Source: an uncultured virus (IMG/VR IMGVR_UViG_3300046472_000138)
Taxonomy: Duplodnaviria > Heunggongvirae > Uroviricota > Caudoviricetes
DNA: 64,000 nucleotides
Reading direction: 5' to 3' (one strand)
IMG/VR virus record: IMGVR_UViG_3300046472_000138
Shown: positions 57,139-64,000 of the stretch, piece by piece
Layout of the letters: each line of letters begins with the position of its first letter
Position numbering within the stretch: position 1 is the stretch's first letter
The notes under the pieces: model-generated
Databases searched by the model: none
What the model was told of the DNA's origin: nothing
Seen by the model: the letters and a program-made list of their open reading frames with translations, nothing else
Made by a program: the position numbers and the translations under genes

Positions 57139-60100
57139 ATGAGTTGCTGTGGACAAGGAACTAAAGGGTTCGGACATTTCGGAGCATATCAACCAGTTTC
57201 AGCGGCTCAAGTTATGAGCGTGACTGGTTCAGTTCAAGGCACTCCAAACGAAACCGGCGGAATGCACACGCAATATGCAGGGGCAAGGAATGTTTCAGGA
57301 TTAGGCGACCTGTTCAACTTCCAACCGGCGGCAGGGGACTGGATTTCCGGCGTACCGAATGGGTATATCACAGCGGGTGCGATTGCAATTCTCGTAATGG
57401 TCTTAATGAAGAGGTAATTTATGGCAATGTCAGCATCAGGTGGGCAGGTTATCCAGTTTCCTGCTCAAGCAGCCGATACAGCAACAATGCTTCAGAATGA
57501 CAAAACGAAACTAATTTCTCTCGGCTCTCAAATTTCAACTCTTGTCCAGCACTTCAATACCCTGAAACAGCAACTCATGGCAACGGCCAGCCCAACAAGA
57601 GAGCAATTCGCGGCCTTGCTTGACCAACGTAAAGCAGCTTTACAGCAACTCATGGATGCACATCAAGCGGCAATCGCTGCATTGAGGCAGAAAGCAACAG
57701 AGGCAAACGTGGCGATTGATATCACGGCTCCACCTGTCAACCTCTCTGGACTTGGGCAGCTAGTCGACACGTCGACAATTCAAACGCAAATCGCTGACCA
57801 GCAATCAAAATTGACAGCCTTGCAGAACTATTATACGTCCTATCAAGCAGCGCTTTCGGCAGGGTTGCAACCTCCCCAGATGCCACCGGAACTATCGGGC
57901 GGGATGTTTGGAATGAGTGGCACGGCCATTACTATCGGAATTGCGGCCATTGTCGGAGCATTCTTACTTTTTGGGAAGAAATAATGGCATTCTTTGGGCA
58001 AGTCGATCCAGTTCAGCAGCAAATTCAACAGCAAGTCCAGGCCGCTACTGACTGGATTAAAAACGTCTTCTGGATTCTGATTATCGTGGCAATTCTCGTT
58101 ATCATCTTTATGAGTCTAAGCAGCCATGCGTAATGCTACTCTTAAAGATTTAAATGGTGGACCTTTTATCATTGACGGAAAGCGATACACTGGAATCGTC
58201 AAAACTTCTGATGGTGATCGGGCTTGGTTACCAATTGACCCAAGATATGACGATCCTAAAGATTGGCAAGGCATCATTGAGCAACTTGGCAGGCCATTAA
58301 TAAAGAATGGAATCTTGAGGTAATTTATGTTTGCATCACAAGCAGCAACATTAGGAAGTCTAAAGCGCGTAGGCCGATTCGGGCGTTTGGGTGATTTAGT
58401 CACGATGGATTCAAACCAGATGTTTATTCCTGTCCTCATTCCTCAGACAGCCAGTCCCGCGGTCACAGGATTAAACTCAAACTGGCTTATTGCTGGTGGA
58501 ACAATCCTTGCTCTTCTAGCTTCTTGGGGATTGTTCGGCTCAAGAGTAGCTAGGGCAAAAGTCAATACTCGCGGACCTCGTAAAGCAAAAGCAGTCAAGG
58601 CGGCTAAAAAATGAAAAAGATTCTCGCAGCACTCGCATTATTGTTTGGCTTCTCTTCCTTAGTTCATGCTCAATTGCCGAGTCAAGTAAAGCAAATCCTG
58701 CCAAACACTCCCACAGTCAACTTCTCATGGGATTACAACACGGCAGATGAAGCGAGTATTGATTCTTTTGTTCTACAAAGAACAGATTTCTCATCAACAA
58801 CTACGATCACAAGCCCATATAGCACAGAGATTGTGATTACTCAGAAGACTATGAGGCAGGCAACCTTTACGATTCCGGCAGGAGTTTTAGCAGGACAGAA
58901 GGCATTTTTCAGAATCGTTGCCCGGAAGGTTGGTCTTGCAGATAGCACGCCTTCAAATGTGGTTGAATTAGATATTGTGCCGACTCCTCCGAGTCCGACT
59001 AATTTCAGATTCCCATGAAAACGCTGATCTTATTTTTTCTGTTATCAATCAGTCTGTACGCTCAACTTTCTCCACCGACTCAAACGGTCAAGAAACGGAA
59101 TGGGCAAGCGGTTACAGTGGCCTGGAATTTTACAGACAATGCAGCATCAGCGGGATTGCTCTACTTTTCTGTCAAAGCGACTCCTAATCTCAATCAAACC
59201 CCTACGCAGTTGATTCAAGTTCCTCCGACTGCGAGGCAGACAGATTTAACGGTAGTCTTTACAACTCAGAATCCTAATAACGTGTATTACGTTGTTAGTG
59301 CAATCTATTCAAACCCCAAGGGCGAATCGTTTCCAAGTAATACGATTGCAGTGCAAAGGATCGGGCCTCCTCCACAATGATGACCGATGCTCAGTATTGG
59401 TCTATTGCAAATGCTTTACCTAAGAGGATTCTCAATGGAATCTATGTCGTGGATTGGCGCACAAAGATTCCTGGTTGCGATCCAACCCTGCAACAAGCTT
59501 GTGAGTTTGTGCTTGGCTTTAATCCGCTCTCAGGCTGTTGGATTGATCCAGGGGCGCAATATGTGGCGCGGCCTAGTCCTTACCCTTCCCCGTCGTCTTG
59601 GGGTGTTTCGCTCTGCAATCCTCCGATTACGCAACCTCCACCAACAGGAGGGGGGACAACAACCATTCCTCCGAGCGGGGGAGGAATTACAACAGGTGGA
59701 GGAGGGTCTAATACACCTCCAGTTACAGCAACTCCTCCATCTTGGCCGGGGATCAACACAACTTTCGTTATGATTGCAATTGCAGGCGTAGCCCTACTTT
59801 TCTTTATGAGGAAATAATATGTTTTTCGACATTAGCGCAAAAGGTTCTTGGAAAGGTTCAAGCGGGTATTGGACATTTGTTCCTAATACTCCTGACAACA
59901 AAGGCACAGGAACAGAATTGGTCAGCGGTCCACCTCATGCGGTAGCAGACAAAGCAGCCGATGGGCCTTATTATCCTTGCCCTTGTGATGGGATTACCTA
60001 TCAGACTTGGTTAGTTCCCGGCCCAACTCATCCGGCCCTGCAACAAATCGTCCGTTGGGATAGTCCATTGCCAGCGTTGGGTTAAAATGACAAGGGTTTT

Positions 60101-62926
60101 ATTTGGTGAAGATAGTCAACCTCGACAAATTATTACTGAACCAGAAGAATCTGCTAAATGTGAATTATGCGGAGTCGAGGAAGAACTTAGACCATATGGA
60201 CCAAATAGGGAAAGAATTTGTTTTAGGTGTATGTTAAAAAATCAAGAAACAGCAAAAGCAATTTTTCGCAAAGACGTTCTTGGGATTGAATAATGTCCTT
60301 CCTAGGCGCAACCTGTATCGATCATGGACAGCTAGCAGCATCATCGGGTGATACCTGTTGTCCTGGTCTTACTCCTTGGGTTTATGATGCCAATAGCGGG
60401 ACTCCATACCCAATCATGGCTTGTTGGTCTGCGGGATGTGCGAGTGCGGGTCAATGGGCCGGTCCTAGTGGGGTTGGGAATCACTGTTGCACTGGATTAG
60501 CGAATGTTGCCGGGAAATGTGGCACACCACAAACAGGGGGAGGTGGCGGCGGAACAACGTACGTGCCTCCCCCTCCGACTGCTTGTGCTGGAACAATCAT
60601 CTGCTCACTTCCAGACATGGCAATCTACGCAATTGCCGGGGGATTAGTTCTTATGCTTGTGATGTCAAAAAAGAAGGGCGCATGAGATTCTCTGAAATGA
60701 GATTGTTTACTGATTATCCTCGTAATACGAAATATTTAATTCCGATCTATTGTGAGCAGCAACGTAAAAGTTTAGAGTCTAAACCAGAATTCAATCTTAG
60801 ACTTGCAATCCGACATCACCGAATGACAATTGCCCTGGCAATGCCTCAGAGAGAGAAGAGATGAAAACAACTCCAGGGGGAATTATTTGGTGTACTTCTT
60901 GTGGAGCAACAAGGGGAAGTTATCGGGAAGAATCAGAAATCGAAAAGGATGGAAAAATTTTCATCCGCATTAGCGTTTGTTGTAGTATGTGCAACTATTT
61001 TATTTCAATGTCAGAAGAGCTAAAGAAAGTCTCAGCGGAGACATAATGGCCTTTGATTTCTCAACACTTCCTAAAATCAGGACTCATGCGAATCTTGGTT
61101 TTCTTGGGGATACAAACCAGGATGCAGTAGCCTTATTGGAAGATGCTCATTCAGTAGTCATCAGCATGGCAACCGCAGCAAGCGATTTATACAATGATGC
61201 TGTTGCAAATGGTGCGCCTCAAGAAGTAATTGACGCTTTGCAATCGAGCTATAACGATGCAAGACAACTTGTCACCGATCACGTTGCAATAATGAATGCC
61301 TTCTACTCTGCGACAGGTGTTTCTGGATTATCAGGATTAAGCAAGGGAAGGCTTGGAAGTTTAGGTCAATGGCAAGCCTTAGCCTTAGTGTTAGGAGCTG
61401 CATTGAGACAGATAGCATGGGGTGCATTGTGGACTTACATTGCAAGCGTGGTCGGAAGGATAGCAGATGCGTTCAAATCCAACACTGATGCGGCACAGGC
61501 AAGCCTCAAGGTGTCTGGGGACTATTACATACTGTGGAAGCAATGCCAGGAACAAGGGACACAATGTCCTCCACCTCCTCCTGGCTTAGGTAAGAGTGGC
61601 GATATGACTACCTATCTCTTAATCGGAGCAAGCGCATTAGTAGCGGTAATGCTCTTGATGAAAAAATAATGTTTAGCGGAATGTGGGTTGATTCAAGATC
61701 GGCTTTGAAGGGTTTAGGTGCAACTGCTCGTTGCTGTGATTTTGCTACAGCGGCGGTTAATTCTAGTGGTCAAGCCTACGATGCAAGCGGATATTGCAAT
61801 ATTGATCCAGCGCAAGGCGGAACTTCTGGGCCTTGCGAGAGTCAATGGATTTCAGGCTTCAGCAATTCAACTGTGATGCTAGCAGTTGGCTTACTTGGAT
61901 TGATTATGCTTCTCGGAGCAAAGCGATAATGTTTGCCTTTCTTCCAAGCGGTTCAAGTTACGATACCTGTCCAACGGGAACAGTCTGGAGTGATCTTTCA
62001 CAAGACTGCGTGATTTCGGTTGATGTGGGCGGGAACGGCAGCGGATTACCAGGAACGGATAGCAACATAATGCTCTATCTCGGACTCGGACTTGCTGCTT
62101 TGTTGCTTCTCAGTTTCGCAGGGGGAAGGGCAAGCAAGAAGACTTCATCAGGATCAAGATTAGTCAGTAGAACAACTACAAGATCATTGTTTGCTTAGGT
62201 GGACTTATGCTTAAAGATTGGGTTTCGCCAGGAATGACAAGCGTTCGGCCATGTCAGGGACAGTTCTATCAGCACTCTTCAGGCGCGAATGTATTTTATG
62301 ACAACTTCGGCTACTGTACGCCGCAATATGAAGGGATTCCGTATTATGGACCTGTCACTACTACTGTTTCCAGTACATTTGATTGGACAACGATAATCTT
62401 GTATGGCGCATTGGCTTTCGGGGCATATTATCTTTGGACGCATAGGAAGACGTTATTTTAATGAAAGAAAGATGGTCTGATTATTGTAGCGACCTATGTG
62501 CTTATTGTGATGAGCCGATGAGAGTTTTTGCAGATACCTATGAATTCAATCTTCATTTTGTAGATTGTCCACATTGCTATAAATTAAATCAAAGCGGATT
62601 CGTTAATAATCAATTTGTCTGGATAAAAGTAGCGAATGAACCAAGTCAACCCTGAAGTGATTGTCAATTACATGACGGACAAGATTAAGACTCTGAGGAA
62701 ACCAGGAACAGTCTTTCCATTAATGCACCTCTCGCAGACATTGAGCCTTCAGCCACAGATAGTCGAACAGATGCTAGAAAGTCTCCAGAATCAAAATAAG
62801 GTCCATCGAGTAGGCCGAGAGAATTGGGGTTTAGGTGGGAATCCTTGGGCCGGACAACGAAGGCAGAAGATTTATAATTGCCAGCATTGCGGTAAACCGA
62901 ATACCGTGGATATTACGGGGGATTGA
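57139..62926 (+). other. Membrane-anchored, Fn3-like and wHTH gene run, copy 2, with copy-specific inserts
   Basis: Orthologs of 13127-18918 in the same order. Confidence 0.85.
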
Positions 62927-63133
62927 TGGATATTGTCGTGGATTGTGAATTTAATTCAATTTGCAAAGTCAATGTCTATCATCATGGAGAACAGAACGCA
63001 CTTGAAATCATATTTGAAGAACATTCCGGTATCGCTGGTGACAAGGTAACACTTTTTCTTAATCCAGAAACATTAAATGAAATTAGGCATAGACTACTAA
63101 ATAATGATTTTCATTTTGGAAATGGTTTGACAT

Positions 63134-64000
63134 ATGGCCGGTAAATGGGGCAAGGCTGAAAACAGGGGATGGGGAAAGATGAAGGACAAGGAAGGTCTTT
63201 TTGAAGACCGGCTGAATCAACGGCTTTGCACGGATAAGTATTACACCTATCCATTCTACCCGATCAAACTCTTCCATTCTCAATTGAGAAGAATCTATTC
63301 AGAAGCAACGATGAGGGTAAAAATCTGGAATGGTGATTACCTTGTCTATGCTTGCCGCCGATCCTCTCGCCTGTTGGCCCTTTGGGAAAAGATGGTTGGT
63401 CCTAAGATGGCCTATTGTAACCGAATGCGGGAATTAATCGAGGTTCATTCTATCCTGCCTCCCCATCTCAGTACATTCAATGGCGCGGAAGCAAATCCAA
63501 AACTAGAAGAAGCCATGAAAGGCTATTCTCACTTTCATGGAGCCTCACCGGATAAGATTTCAACCGATTCATATGATTGGCCTCCACCTCTCGAACTAGA
63601 AGACGAGTTTGGTCCTTTTGATCCGCAAGCACCGATTGACCTAATTGGACTCGGAGAATTGCTTGGATTGGGTTATGAGCCGGTTGATTCAGAGCCATTA
63701 GAAAGGGAAGTCATTAAATTCAAGCGGCCTTATCCACTCCTAGCAAGTGATTACATCAATTACCCTGAAGGCGAAGAGGAATTGTTTGTTGTCGGCGGGC
63801 ATTACAAAGAGAAACCGGAAGAGGATTATGTTTGCGGAAATTTGCGATGGGTGACTTATCTCACTGTGAAATCATTCGATGATATGAAGCCGATCGAATA
63901 TACCCATGAATTCAATGAACCTTACCCGCAACTCTGCACCAATAAGAAAGGGACGCAGTATTACATTTTCAGGGGCGACAGTGAATTCTCCATCGGGCGA
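63134..64000 (+). CDS. Ortholog of 19146-20045, truncated by the window end
   Basis: ATG at 63134 (MAGKWGKAENRG); frame runs to the edge. Confidence 0.85.
   Translation, partial: MAGKWGKAENRGWGKMKDKEGLFEDRLNQRLCTDKYYTYPFYPIKLFHSQLRRIYSEATMRVKIWNGDYLVYACRRSSRLLALWEKMVGPKMAYCNRMRELIEVHSILPPHLSTFNGAEANPKLEEAMKGYSHFHGASPDKISTDSYDWPPPLELEDEFGPFDPQAPIDLIGLGELLGLGYEPVDSEPLEREVIKFKRPYPLLASDYINYPEGEEELFVVGGHYKEKPEEDYVCGNLRWVTYLTVKSFDDMKPIEYTHEFNEPYPQLCTNKKGTQYYIFRGDSEFSIGR

Larger units (their letters stand above)
44060..64000. repeat. Second, diverged, partial copy of the unit (corresponds to ~1-20010)
   Basis: Orthologous ORFs in the same order, e.g. 2009/46573, 4880/49551, 12043/56301, 19146/63134. 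Many synonymous differences and swapped small genes. Confidence 0.97.

Noticed and set aside
44060..64000. Simple terminal overlap of a circular assembly
   Set aside because: Copies differ by many synonymous changes and whole genes, so it is not an exact duplicate; a two-strain chimera remains possible and is listed as a finding.

Overview
The whole window is viral or mobile DNA; no host housekeeping gene, rRNA, canonical tRNA or CRISPR array is recognisable. It holds about 1.45 head-to-tail copies of a ~44 kb unit. Position 1 corresponds to 44060, 2009 to 46573 and 19146 to 63134. The copies are clearly diverged, with synonymous changes in core genes and different small genes between them. 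Each unit has a leftward early arm: O-like replication initiator with iterons, RecT, TAGT-type glycosyltransferase plus partner, a two-frame C5 methyltransferase, a radical SAM protein, a serine resolvase, an RHH regulator, and a Mom-like gene in one copy only. A divergent promoter region separates it from a ~32 kb rightward late arm. The late arm has no terminase, portal, HK97 capsid, tail or recognisable packaging ATPase. Instead it encodes: a glycosyltransferase/radical-SAM cluster; a transglutaminase-like Cys-His-Asp protein; more than 12 small C-terminally membrane-anchored proteins, many with GLG-like motifs; a protamine-like Arg-rich protein punctuated by N-P motifs; a run of beta-sandwich (jelly-roll-like) capsid candidates; beta-helix spike candidates; and a membrane-anchored lytic transglycosylase. 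My best reading, which is inference and needs structure prediction, is a tailless, lipid-containing, probably glycosylated bacterial virus with a plasmid-like replicon and proteolytic maturation. Family assignments come from motif recognition by eye, not from database searches.
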